Source of the DNA: an uncultured Acidimicrobiales bacterium
GTDB taxonomy: Bacteria > Actinomycetota > Acidimicrobiia > Acidimicrobiales > SHLQ01
Assembly: GCA_964612655.1 (NCBI GenBank)
Contig: CAZTDG010000004.1
Coordinates: forward strand, 9,600 to 47,504
Length of the DNA stretch: 37,905 bases
Reading direction: 5' to 3'
Numbering within the stretch: the stretch's first letter is position 1; each line of letters begins with the position of its first letter. Positions 18,055 to 26,912 of this stretch are shown in pieces. The notes under the pieces were generated by a model. It saw only the letters and a program-made list of their open reading frames with translations, was not told where the DNA came from and searched no databases. A program made the translations under genes and the position numbers.

Positions 18055-18129
18055 TGACACTGATACGAAACTAGCCGTGTGGTAGTTCCCGCGATGTATC
18101 ACCGCTATCTACGAGACCACGCGAAGTCT

Positions 18130-19398
18130 TTAGACCTCGACGCTTGCTGCGGCTTCGGCCATGATCGAGATCGCGTCGTCGATCACGTCGTCGGTGTGGG
18201 CGAGTCCAGGGAAGAGGATCTCGTACGCGCCGGGAGCGAGGGCCAGACCGCGCTGGAGGCACTCGTGGAAGAACTTGGGGTACACGCCGTTCTCGGCGAG
18301 TGCTTTGACCTCGTCGAAGTCCGTGGGTTCGGTATCGCCGAAGAACAGCCCGATGAGCGGTCCAACCTGCGGGACGACCGCTGGGAGACCGGCCTCAGAG
18401 AAGGCATTGCGCATGCCGGTGGCTAGGCGGGTGGAGATCCGTTCGAGCTCGACGTACGCATCGGCATCGAGCAGTTCGAGGGTGGCGAGGCCGGCGGCGG
18501 TCGCCAGAGGGTTACCCGAGAGCGTGCCACCCTGATAGACGCCACCGAGCGGCGAGATGTGTTGCATGACTTCGCGGCTCGCGCCGTAACAGCCGACGGG
18601 GAGTCCGCCGCCGATGACCTTGCCGAAGGCCCAAACGTCGGGCTGAATGCCGAACCATTCGGTCGCGCCACCGCGGGCCAAACGGAAACCGGTGATGACC
18701 TCGTCGAAGAGCAACATCGCTCCGGCGGCGTCGCAGGCCTCTCGCAATCCTTGGAGGAAACCCTCGCTTGGAGCCACGAGGCCCATGTTGGCCGCTACCG
18801 GTTCCACCGCTACGACCGCGACGGAGTCGTCGATTTCGGGCACAACGTTGAACGGCGCAACAACCGTGTCGGCTACCGCGCCGTCTGGCACGCCATCGCA
18901 TCCCGACAAGCCTTGTTGAGCAACGCCGCTACCGCCCGCTGCGAGAAGCGAATCGGTATGGCCGTGGTAACAACCGGCGAATTTGATGATCGTGTCGCGT
19001 CCGGTCGCGCCGCGAGCGAGACGAATAGCCGACATTGCGGCCTCGGTACCCGACGAAGTCAGGCGCAGCATCTCCATGCCCGGGACGCGGTCGCAGATGG
19101 CCTCGGCGAGTTCGGCTTCGCGAACCGTTGGTGCGCCGTAGCTCGTTCCAGCGGCGGCGGCCGCGGTGATCGCATCGACGACCTTGGGGTGGGCGTGTCC
19201 GAGAATTCCGGGGCCGTAGCTCTGCACGAAGTCGATGTAACGCTTGCCCTCGACATCGGTGATGTAGGGCCCAGACCCGCTCTCCACGAAGTACGGGGTG
19301 CCGCCGACCGACCGGAAGGAGCGGACGGGCGAGTTCACGCCCCCGGGCATAACGAGCTTGCTGCGCTCGAAGAGCGCCTCGTTCGTGTGGTCGGCCAT
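18130..19398 (-). CDS. hemL: Glutamate-1-semialdehyde 2,1-aminomutase
   Basis: PGGVNSPVRSF, SSGTEAAMSAIRLAR, FAGCYHGH, FDEVITGFR, FGKVIGGGLP, GTLSGNPL. Confidence 0.97.
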   Translation of the reverse strand: MADHTNEALFERSKLVMPGGVNSPVRSFRSVGGTPYFVESGSGPYITDVEGKRYIDFVQSYGPGILGHAHPKVVDAITAAAAAGTSYGAPTVREAELAEAICDRVPGMEMLRLTSSGTEAAMSAIRLARGATGRDTIIKFAGCYHGHTDSLLAAGGSGVAQQGLSGCDGVPDGAVADTVVAPFNVVPEIDDSVAVVAVEPVAANMGLVAPSEGFLQGLREACDAAGAMLLFDEVITGFRLARGGATEWFGIQPDVWAFGKVIGGGLPVGCYGASREVMQHISPLGGVYQGGTLSGNPLATAAGLATLELLDADAYVELERISTRLATGMRNAFSEAGLPAVVPQVGPLIGLFFGDTEPTDFDEVKALAENGVYPKFFHECLQRGLALAPGAYEILFPGLAHTDDVIDDAISIMAEAAASVEV

Positions 19399-19402
19399 GT
19401 TG

Positions 19403-20449
19403 TTAGGACTCCAGTTCTCGTGAAGGAGGATCGATCGCTCGTGGAGGCGACGGCAGGGCGGGTCGAACGCCGCGCAGAACCTCGGCGATACTGCGAGCGA
19501 AGTAGGTCAAGATCAGGTCCGCCCCGGCTCGTTTGATCGACACCAACGATTCGAGTGCCGCGGCGGGTCCGTCGATCCATCCGTTCGCTTCAGCCGCTTT
19601 GAGCATCGCGTATTCGCCAGACACGTGGTACGCCGCTATCGGAACGTCTACTTCGAGGCGGGCGCGCAAGATGATGTCGAGGTAAGCCATGGCGGGCTTG
19701 ACCATGATCATGTCGGCGCCCTCCGCGAGATCCGCGTGGATCTCGGCCATCGCCTCCCGACCGTTGCGAGGGTCTTGTTGATAGCCCTTGCGATCGCCGC
19801 CATCGGCGATCGTCACGTCGACAGCGTCGCGGAACGGGCCGTAGAAGCTCGACGCGTACTTGGCGGCGTAGGCGAGGATGGCGATGTCGTGGTGCCCGGC
19901 TTCGTCGAGCGCTGCACGGATTGCGGCCACTTGGCCGTCCATCATTCCGGAGGGGGCGACGATGTCGGCTCCGGCATCGGCTTGAGCGACCGCGATCTTG
20001 CGGTACAGCTCCAGCGTCTTGTCGTTGTCGACCGAACCCTTGCCATCGAGGATTCCGCAATGGCCATGGCTGGTGTACTCGTCCACGCACAGATCGGCGA
20101 TGAGGACCATCGAATCGCCGAAGCGTTCACGGGCCTGGGTGAGCGCTACTTGGACGATGCCCTCTGGGTCCCACGCGCCAGAACCTTCTTCGTCTTTCGT
20201 TGCGGGCACGCCGAAGAAAATGACTCCAGCGATGCCGAGTTGGCGGAGATCTTCGACCTCGTCGAGGGCCGATTCGAGTGTGTGTTGCACCACACCTGGA
20301 AGCGACGCGATGGGTTCGGGCTCGTCGATTCCTTCGCGGATGAACAGCGGTGCGATCAGGTCGCTCGTGGACAGCGTCGTCTCGGCGACGAGTTGTCGGA
20401 GCGCCTCGGTCCGGCGAAGACGACGAAGACGACGCTCAGGGAAAGCCAT
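19403..20449 (-). CDS. hemB: Porphobilinogen synthase (ALA dehydratase)
   Basis: RLRRLR, DEYTSHGHCG, APSGMMDG, AKYASSFYGPFRDA, MVKPA, YHVSGEY. Confidence 0.97.
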   Translation of the reverse strand: MAFPERRLRRLRRTEALRQLVAETTLSTSDLIAPLFIREGIDEPEPIASLPGVVQHTLESALDEVEDLRQLGIAGVIFFGVPATKDEEGSGAWDPEGIVQVALTQARERFGDSMVLIADLCVDEYTSHGHCGILDGKGSVDNDKTLELYRKIAVAQADAGADIVAPSGMMDGQVAAIRAALDEAGHHDIAILAYAAKYASSFYGPFRDAVDVTIADGGDRKGYQQDPRNGREAMAEIHADLAEGADMIMVKPAMAYLDIILRARLEVDVPIAAYHVSGEYAMLKAAEANGWIDGPAAALESLVSIKRAGADLILTYFARSIAEVLRGVRPALPSPPRAIDPPSRELES

Positions 20450-20467
20450 AGCTGGAATACTACGGCC
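20450..20467. promoter_or_regulatory. Putative overlapping divergent -10 elements for hemB and the VOC gene
   Basis: Only 18 bp between the two ATGs; TAGTAT (minus) lies 7 nt from the hemB ATG and AATACT (plus) 6 nt from the VOC ATG. Confidence 0.5.
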
Positions 20468-20833
20468 ATGGAGATCAATGCCGTCACCCTCGCCGTCGCC
20501 GATATGGCGGCAGCACTTCGGTTTTACGCCGACACTCTCGGGTTATCCGTCGCCTACGGCGGCGCGGATTCAGAGTTCACGACCCTCGAGCTCGACAGCA
20601 CGTTTCTGAATCTCTTCATCCACGACGGACCGATCGAGTTCTGGGGTCGTTTCATCGTCCATGTCACCGACCCGGATCAGCTGCACGAGACCATCGTGTC
20701 CGCCGTGGCATCAGGCGATCTACCCGAATCGTCCACACCGCACGCGGCGCCCGCCGATGCCCCATGGGGCGAGCGCTACTTCCACGTGCATGACCCCGAC
20801 GGCCACGAGCTCTCCTTCGCCCGACGGCTATAG
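20468..20833 (+). CDS. VOC/glyoxalase family protein
   Basis: MEINAVTLAVADMAAALRFYADTLG...PWGERYFHVHDPDGHELSF; it is the C-terminal part of track ORF 19625..20833. Confidence 0.9.
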   Translation: MEINAVTLAVADMAAALRFYADTLGLSVAYGGADSEFTTLELDSTFLNLFIHDGPIEFWGRFIVHVTDPDQLHETIVSAVASGDLPESSTPHAAPADAPWGERYFHVHDPDGHELSFARRL

Positions 20834-20836
20834 GTT

Positions 20837-21244
20837 CTAGACGCTTTGGTCGTCGCCGTTGTTGGAGAAGTGCGGGACGGTGTCGGAGAGTACGTGGTGA
20901 TCTTGGGCGTCGTCGACGAACCAGACACCGGCGAGTTCCAGGCCGGTGGTGTCGTCGAGAACGCCGACCTGAACGCTGGTGCGATCTAGGTGATCGTTGC
21001 CTTGCCACAACATGTGCGAACCACAGCCCGAGCAAAAGCCGTAACGGCAGTGCTCGAGTTCGTGCCAGCGGAAAAGGTCGTCCGGATCATCGATGGTCAG
21101 ATCGGTTGTGGCACACCCGCTCGCGGCGACGAAGTTCCCGGTCGCTCGGCGGCAGTTCTCGCAATGACAATGCAGGACCGGACGCATCGGGCCGTCGACT
21201 ACGAAGCTCACCCGACCACACAGACAGCGGCCGGCGGCGTTCAG
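20837..21244 (-). CDS. GFA/CENP-V family Zn protein (probable CTG start)
   Basis: GRCLCGRVSF...HCHCENCRR...FCSGCGS. The first CxC lies upstream of the track start (21211); CTG at 21244 is the most plausible start after the in-frame stop. Confidence 0.85.
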   Translation of the reverse strand: MNAAGRCLCGRVSFVVDGPMRPVLHCHCENCRRATGNFVAASGCATTDLTIDDPDDLFRWHELEHCRYGFCSGCGSHMLWQGNDHLDRTSVQVGVLDDTTGLELAGVWFVDDAQDHHVLSDTVPHFSNNGDDQSV

Positions 21245-22245
21245 CGCTGGCCCCCGAGGAACATTGCCTTGAGGGCCTCAAAGGACTCGATGCAGCGGCC
21301 AGCGCCGTGGACCACGCATTCGAGGGGGGTCTCGACGATGTTGACCTCCACTTTGGTCTCGTCGGCAAGGCGGACGTCGAGGCCGCGAAGCATGCCACCG
21401 CCGCCCACGAGATGAATTCCCTGGACGATCAGATCCTGCGACAGTTCGGGTGGGGCCTGCGAGATGCACGAGAGCACCGAGTCAACGATTGCGCTCACCG
21501 GTTCGTCGATCGCCGTGCGGATCTCTTCGGGGGTAAGCACGATCGTCTTGGGAAGGCCGCTCATAAGTTCGCGACCGCGGACCTCGGCACGAACTTCGTT
21601 CGGCGTCGGTGCAGCCGAACCGATGGTCAACTTGATGTCCTCTGCGGTTCGTTCCCCGATTGCGATGCCGTACTCACGTCGAACGAACGCCTGAATCGCT
21701 GCGTCGATATCGAACGACCCGACACGGATTGCTTCCAAGGCGACCACGCCGCCGAGCGACAAGATGGCGGACTCTGACGTACCGCCGCCAACATCGACGA
21801 CCATGTTGCCGAGCGGTTCGTTGATGGGCAGGTTGGCGCCGATTGCGGCGGCGACCGGCTGCTCGATCAGTTGGGCATCGCTCGCACCCGCACGTCGAGC
21901 AGCCTCGGTCACGGCTCGGCGTTCGACGGCGGTAATCGCCGAGGGCACGCAGATGACGACGCGAGGTCGGTTGAAACGGCTGACGCCGACGCGCTCGAGC
22001 ACGAGGCGAATCATTCGCTGGGTGACGTCGAAGTCGGTGATCGCACCCTTGCGAAGCGGACGCACAGCCACGATGTGGCTCGGGGTACGGCCGATCATTT
22101 GCCAGGCTTCTGAACCGATCGCCAACACGTCGTTGGTCTGTGAGTTCAGCGCAATGACGGACGGCTCGTTGAGAACGATGCCTTCACCGCGGGCATACAC
22201 GAGGGTATTTGCCGTCCCGAGGTCGATCGCGAGGTCTCGTGCCAT
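21241..22245 (-). CDS. mreB: MreB/Mbl family actin homologue
   Basis: AIDLGTANT, EPSV, VRPLRKGAITDF, MVVDVGGGT, IGERTAEDIK, GGGGMLRGL. Confidence 0.93.
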   Translation of the reverse strand: MARDLAIDLGTANTLVYARGEGIVLNEPSVIALNSQTNDVLAIGSEAWQMIGRTPSHIVAVRPLRKGAITDFDVTQRMIRLVLERVGVSRFNRPRVVICVPSAITAVERRAVTEAARRAGASDAQLIEQPVAAAIGANLPINEPLGNMVVDVGGGTSESAILSLGGVVALEAIRVGSFDIDAAIQAFVRREYGIAIGERTAEDIKLTIGSAAPTPNEVRAEVRGRELMSGLPKTIVLTPEEIRTAIDEPVSAIVDSVLSCISQAPPELSQDLIVQGIHLVGGGGMLRGLDVRLADETKVEVNIVETPLECVVHGAGRCIESFEALKAMFLGGQR

Positions 22246-22248
22246 GGG

Positions 22249-22629
22249 CTACTCGTGTTCCTGGCGAGGCCGCGGTCCCGGACGCGGTCGTGGGCTCGTT
22301 TGAACGACCTTGCCCGGGCGGGCGGCGTTCTGACGGTTCGACTTCGCCGGTGTGCTCGTCGAACCCTGAGGGGAGCGGGCTTGGTTTGGCCGTGGTGGCC
22401 GTACGTTTGGCGTTTGCGACAGCCCTGACGGCACTACGGGACGACGCTGGCGTCCTCGCTTACGCCCAGAACCGCTGCCTGGCGGAGCGAGTGCGCTCAA
22501 GTCACGGCTGAAAGTATCGATCGTGTTCCCAAACTTCTCACGTCGAGGTCGGCTGAGGACCCAGACGATCAGCCCGCCGAGCGCGGACAGCGCGACTGCG
22601 CCGAGGAGAAAAAGGACCGGCTCGTTCAC
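22249..22629 (-). CDS. Hypothetical single-TM protein with Arg/Pro-rich tail
   Basis: GGAGG before GTG; GTGA overlap with moaE stop; N-terminal hydrophobic helix; 3 bp before mreB. Confidence 0.65.
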   Translation of the reverse strand: MNEPVLFLLGAVALSALGGLIVWVLSRPRREKFGNTIDTFSRDLSALAPPGSGSGRKRGRQRRPVVPSGLSQTPNVRPPRPNQARSPQGSTSTPAKSNRQNAARPGKVVQTSPRPRPGPRPRQEHE

Positions 22630-23108
22630 TTGCGAACCTCCGGGGCGGGCAGACCTACGTCATCGATTTCGCGGGCGTCGAGTCCCCAACTCTCGCCTTG
22701 TGACCACACTTCGCGCTTCCAAATGGGCGCTGTTGCCTTGAGACGATCGATCCCATAACGCGCGGCTTCGAAGGCCACATCACGGTGCGGCGAGCCAGCG
22801 ACGACCACAACGGTCGATTCCCCAATGGGGACCTCTCCTACCCGATGCATAATGCACACCCTACGAACCTCAGGCCACTTGTCACGGATTTCGGCTACCA
22901 ATCCTTCGAAACGCTCGATGAGATGTTCCTCGTATGCCTCGTAGGCGAGCATGGATACATCTGGTCGATCTTTGGAGTGATCACGGGCTGTGCCACTAAA
23001 GAGAACAACGGCACCACAGTCAGGCTGAACCGTCCATCGATACGCCGTATCGATCGGCGGTTCGGTCTGGGTGATTGCCAGCCAGGTATCTGACTCAGGG
23101 CCCTGCAT
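22626..23108 (-). CDS. moaE: Molybdopterin synthase catalytic subunit
   Basis: CGAVVLFSGTARD, LAYEAY, HRVG, SPHRDVAF, LKATAPIWKRE; GGAGGAG RBS before ATG 23108. Confidence 0.93.
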   Translation of the reverse strand: MQGPESDTWLAITQTEPPIDTAYRWTVQPDCGAVVLFSGTARDHSKDRPDVSMLAYEAYEEHLIERFEGLVAEIRDKWPEVRRVCIMHRVGEVPIGESTVVVVAGSPHRDVAFEAARYGIDRLKATAPIWKREVWSQGESWGLDAREIDDVGLPAPEVRK

Positions 23109-23212
23109 CGACTCCTCCACGACCGACCATCGTACGTGGTTTGGGCGCTCTAACGAATTCGGCGGCCTACCCGCGTCCAGTAGAGGCGTTTGGGTCGGTA
23201 TTATTACCCTTC

Positions 23213-24439
23213 GTGGAGGGACCACTAGAAGACTTCGATCCCGAAAGGGATGTAGTGCCGCATGCGCAAGATCGCTTGTGGCGCCACCCAGCCGAGCGCG
23301 GCGCGGCACAAGCCGAAGCCAACCTCGCTGCTCGTCGCGCCACGGGCCGTCATTGGCCTTCCCTGATGGTTTCCTTTATCGCCGGCGGTGCCTTGGTCGG
23401 TTTGATCTGGTTGGTCCAAGAAGAGCCTCCAGCCACGATCGAGGAATCGACGACCTTCGAGATCGCCGCACCGGAGGCCCCAAACGTCGGCCCGTTGAGC
23501 TTCGATGCGTGGGCCGATGAGGTTGCACAGTTGAATCGAGAATCGGTTGTGGGCCTCGCTCTGGGAGGAAATCCACGCCACGAACACGCCCAGGCGATCC
23601 GCCTAGACACCAGCGGTTATCTCATCACTTCGGCTCACGCGCTCGAGGGTGTCGAGGAAATCGGTGTGTCGTTGAGCGATGGCAGCCCGACACCTCCAGC
23701 TCAAATCCTCGGCTCTGACCCCGTGTCGGGAGTTGCCGTACTCAAGATCAATTCGACCGGGCTCGAACCACCCACGTTCTCGGCCGCCGCCGACGTGGCA
23801 GTCCGAGACCGACTAGTGGCACTCGCCCAGACCGCAGAAGACGGCGGAGCGAGCGCACTCGCTGTCGACGTGCTCGCAGATGATCAGGTCACCCCCGCAC
23901 AAAATGGTGATCTGTTGTCAGGGTTGCTTCGCCTGTCGAACGAACTCGATGACCCGTGGGCAGGAGCAGCGGTTCTCGACGAGAACGGAGGCATCGTCGC
24001 GATGACCGTCGCGTCTCGTAACGGCGGCCACTTCGCGGTGCCGATCGATGTCGCCCGAGAGGTCGCCCAACAACTCATCAACAACAACGGCGAGGTCACG
24101 CATCGAGCCTGGTTGGGTGTCGAAATGGGTGACCTCAGCGAGGGCATCAAGACCCAACGTGACTTGCTGGGCGGAGTGTTGCTGTCGCGAGTCTGGGATG
24201 AAACCCCCGCTGCGCAGGGCGGCCTTCTCGCAGGCGACATCATCGTCGGTGTCGGTGACGCAAACATCCTCGACCCTCTCGATCTCCAACTGCACCTCGG
24301 TTCGCTCGCGCCGGGAGAGTCGGTCGACGTGCGCTACTCCCGGGTGAACCTTCCCGAAGCGCGAAGCGGCACCAACGAACTCGATCTGAGCGGTGAGTTC
24401 TTCACGACGACGGTCACCGTCGGAGCGCGAAACTCCTAG
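23213..24439 (+). CDS. HtrA/S1C-like trypsin-fold plus PDZ membrane protein, probably catalytically inactive
   Basis: TM helix, YLITSAH, DPVSGVAVLKI, AWLGVEM, PAAQGGLLAGDII; GTG 23213 follows TATTAT; start uncertain. Confidence 0.85.
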   Translation: MEGPLEDFDPERDVVPHAQDRLWRHPAERGAAQAEANLAARRATGRHWPSLMVSFIAGGALVGLIWLVQEEPPATIEESTTFEIAAPEAPNVGPLSFDAWADEVAQLNRESVVGLALGGNPRHEHAQAIRLDTSGYLITSAHALEGVEEIGVSLSDGSPTPPAQILGSDPVSGVAVLKINSTGLEPPTFSAAADVAVRDRLVALAQTAEDGGASALAVDVLADDQVTPAQNGDLLSGLLRLSNELDDPWAGAAVLDENGGIVAMTVASRNGGHFAVPIDVAREVAQQLINNNGEVTHRAWLGVEMGDLSEGIKTQRDLLGGVLLSRVWDETPAAQGGLLAGDIIVGVGDANILDPLDLQLHLGSLAPGESVDVRYSRVNLPEARSGTNELDLSGEFFTTTVTVGARNS

Positions 24440-24450
24440 CTGTCAGTCGG

Positions 24451-25482
24451 TCACCGGGTGCCGGAACCACGTCGGACAACCCACGAGACCGCGCCCGCTA
24501 CCCCCACAGCACCTGCTGCGATTGCCGCACCGGCCGCGCCCAGTGCGAGTTCTTGACGTCGTTTAGCGTCGACGCCGTCGAAGCGACTGGGCTGATAGCC
24601 AGCCACGTACGCCTCTTCGTTGCTGAATTCCGGTTCCCAGCCGAGCGCCTTGAGTTTGTCGTTTGCGATGACCCACGAGTGCTGCAGATACGGCGTGAGG
24701 CCCGGGTGGGTTGCTGCACCGAGACGACGGCGGGCGTCGGACACGGCGGTGATCACCGGTGCGGGAACTCGTAAGGGCGTTTCGGGGACGCCGCGCAACG
24801 CGTTGACCTCGGCTACTCGCAACCAGCCGTCGGGGGCCACATTGAAGACGCCTGCGTGGCGTTCGGCCACGAGTAGCTCGACCGCGGCTGCGAAGTCTTC
24901 CGCGTGCAGGAACTGCGCTGGAGCGTCGCCATCGCGGTTACGAAGTGCGGCGGAATTTCGAAGGAGCAAGGCGAGCCCGTTCTCTCGCCCTCGGGCCAAG
25001 GTTGTAGCGGGGCGGACGATCGTCAACGCACCGCCCGTTTCGGTTGCCCACTGCTCGCCGAGCGCTTCGATCTCGCCACGAACCACGCCGAAGCGGAACT
25101 CTGGGTTCGGCCGTATCACGGCGGACTCGGTTAGCGGCACCGGATTGTCGGGCCAGGCCCCGTACACCATCGATGTCGAGGCCAAGAGCACATGTTGCAC
25201 CCCGGCTCGCGTCGCAGCATCCAGGGCACGTTCAGCGAGCTGCCGATCCGCTTTGGCCGCTCCACCATCGCCCGCGAAACCAGCAGGAGTGGCCGCGAGA
25301 TGAACTAATGAGTCCCCGGATTGAAGATGCTTGGTCAGGTCATCGGTTTGCAGTTCGAACTGGATAACGCCATCAGAAGACACTCGATCGAGTGCGATGA
25401 CCTCAATGTTTTGGCGGCCAATCAGCCGATCGGCGACGTGTCGCCCGACCGCCCCACTCGCTCCTGTGACGACGACTCTCAT
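24451..25482 (-). CDS. Extended SDR / NAD-dependent epimerase-like protein with C-terminal membrane anchor
   Basis: VVTGASGAVG, VHLAA, STSMVYGA, IVRP, QFLHAED, LGWEP; hydrophobic tail ending in RR. Confidence 0.87.
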   Translation of the reverse strand: MRVVVTGASGAVGRHVADRLIGRQNIEVIALDRVSSDGVIQFELQTDDLTKHLQSGDSLVHLAATPAGFAGDGGAAKADRQLAERALDAATRAGVQHVLLASTSMVYGAWPDNPVPLTESAVIRPNPEFRFGVVRGEIEALGEQWATETGGALTIVRPATTLARGRENGLALLLRNSAALRNRDGDAPAQFLHAEDFAAAVELLVAERHAGVFNVAPDGWLRVAEVNALRGVPETPLRVPAPVITAVSDARRRLGAATHPGLTPYLQHSWVIANDKLKALGWEPEFSNEEAYVAGYQPSRFDGVDAKRRQELALGAAGAAIAAGAVGVAGAVSWVVRRGSGTR

Positions 25483-25550
25483 CGGGAATGCGCCGATTGT
25501 TGGGAATTGAGCCAGCCCAGCCGTTGTTGCATTCCTCTACCATGCACGGT

Positions 25551-26855
25551 GTGAGTGATTCCGGTCCATTCGACGATGATGATGTCCCTGAGGGGTTCGA
25601 CTTCTCCAGCCTCTTTGGAGGCGCTGGAGCAGGTGGTGACCCACAAGCGATGCTGAGCCAATTCATGCAGCTGTTTGGAGGGATGTCTGGCGGTGGTCTC
25701 GACCATGCCACCCAGGTCGCTATTTCTGTCGCCACCGGCGGCAAACCCGAGAACAACGTCGACCCTGTCGAACGAATGGCGCTCGAACAACTGGTTCGCG
25801 TCGCCGAGCTACAGGTTGGCGAAGCCACCGGATTGCGAACTTCTACCTCAGGGCCATTGACGATCTCGGCGGTCACCAAGACCGATTGGGTCCGCAAGTC
25901 CATGCAGGCGTACAAGCCACTGCTCGAGAAGTTGGCCGAGTCGATGTCGCCGCCCGATCTGGGTTCGGAGTACGGCAGCGACCCACAGATGGCGATGTTC
26001 CAGCAGCTCATGGGCAGCATGCGGCCGATGATGGTCGGGCTGACATCGGGTTCGATGGTCGGCCATTTGGGAGCTCGCGCTCTTGGCACCTACGACCTTC
26101 CGCTGCCCCGCTTGGGCGCAGACGAAATCCTCGTGGTGGCATCCAACCTGAACGATCTTGGCGAGGAGTGGAGCCTCGACCCCGAGGCGCTCAGGCTCTG
26201 GCTCGCGCTGAGCGAAGTGACCTTTCACGCCGTCCTGTCGATCTCCCACGTTGGCGAACGCATCGAAGAACTGATCGGGCGATACACGAGCGCATTCGAC
26301 AACAACCCAGAGTCGATCGCCGAGTCTTTCGGCGATATCGACGCCTCGTCGGGCGACTTTGGGGCCATCCAGCAACAGATCCAAGAGATGTTCGGTGATC
26401 CCACCGAGATGTTGCTGTCGATGCGCTCCGAGCAACAACTCGCGATCCTCCCCGAGATCGCAGCGCTGATGGCACCCATCGTTGGCTATGTCGATCACAT
26501 CATGGATCGCATCGGCGCCTCACTGATCCCGAGCTACCCCCAGATCACCGAGGCGCTGCGTCGGCGCCGGGTAACGACATCGGAATCAGACCGATTTGTC
26601 GAACGGCTACTCGGCCTAGAGCTCGACCAAGACCTCTACGACCGCGGCGCTGCCTTTGTCGACGGCGTACACGAGCGAGCCGGAAACGACGGACTCGCCC
26701 GCTTGTGGCAGGACCCGGAGTCGCTTCCCACCGCTAACGAGATCGCAGCGCCGGGCCTCTGGCTCTCACGCATGGAAATCGACTTCGAAGTAGAAATCGA
26801 CCCCGCCGAACTCGCAGCCCTAGACAACTTCCTAGAAAACCCCGAAGAGGAATAG
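25551..26855 (+). CDS. Zincin-like 'zinc-dependent metalloprotease' family protein with degenerate metal site
   Basis: RALGTYDLPLP, LRLWLALSEVTFH, EALRRRR, RLLGLEL, LWQDPESLPT; start GTG 25551 (7 nt after TACCAT) or ATG 25542. Confidence 0.8.
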   Translation: MSDSGPFDDDDVPEGFDFSSLFGGAGAGGDPQAMLSQFMQLFGGMSGGGLDHATQVAISVATGGKPENNVDPVERMALEQLVRVAELQVGEATGLRTSTSGPLTISAVTKTDWVRKSMQAYKPLLEKLAESMSPPDLGSEYGSDPQMAMFQQLMGSMRPMMVGLTSGSMVGHLGARALGTYDLPLPRLGADEILVVASNLNDLGEEWSLDPEALRLWLALSEVTFHAVLSISHVGERIEELIGRYTSAFDNNPESIAESFGDIDASSGDFGAIQQQIQEMFGDPTEMLLSMRSEQQLAILPEIAALMAPIVGYVDHIMDRIGASLIPSYPQITEALRRRRVTTSESDRFVERLLGLELDQDLYDRGAAFVDGVHERAGNDGLARLWQDPESLPTANEIAAPGLWLSRMEIDFEVEIDPAELAALDNFLENPEEE

Positions 26856-26874
26856 CGACAAAGCGCACCCGCAG

Positions 26875-26912
26875 TCTGGGATTTATTTGCCTAAAGGTAA
26901 ATCAATCCCAGA
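26875..26912. terminator. Imperfect 18-bp inverted repeat at a convergent junction (probable bidirectional terminator)
   Basis: TCTGGGATTTATTTGCCT-AA-AGGTAAATCAATCCCAGA; right arm overlaps the MFS stop codon. Confidence 0.65.

Noticed and set aside
20060-20095. HemB metal site CVD...C instead of CxC...C
   Set aside because: A common actinobacterial variant; not unusual.
19625-20467. 402-aa ORF as a fusion protein
   Set aside because: The first ~280 codons are antisense to hemB; only the VOC part from 20468 is credible.
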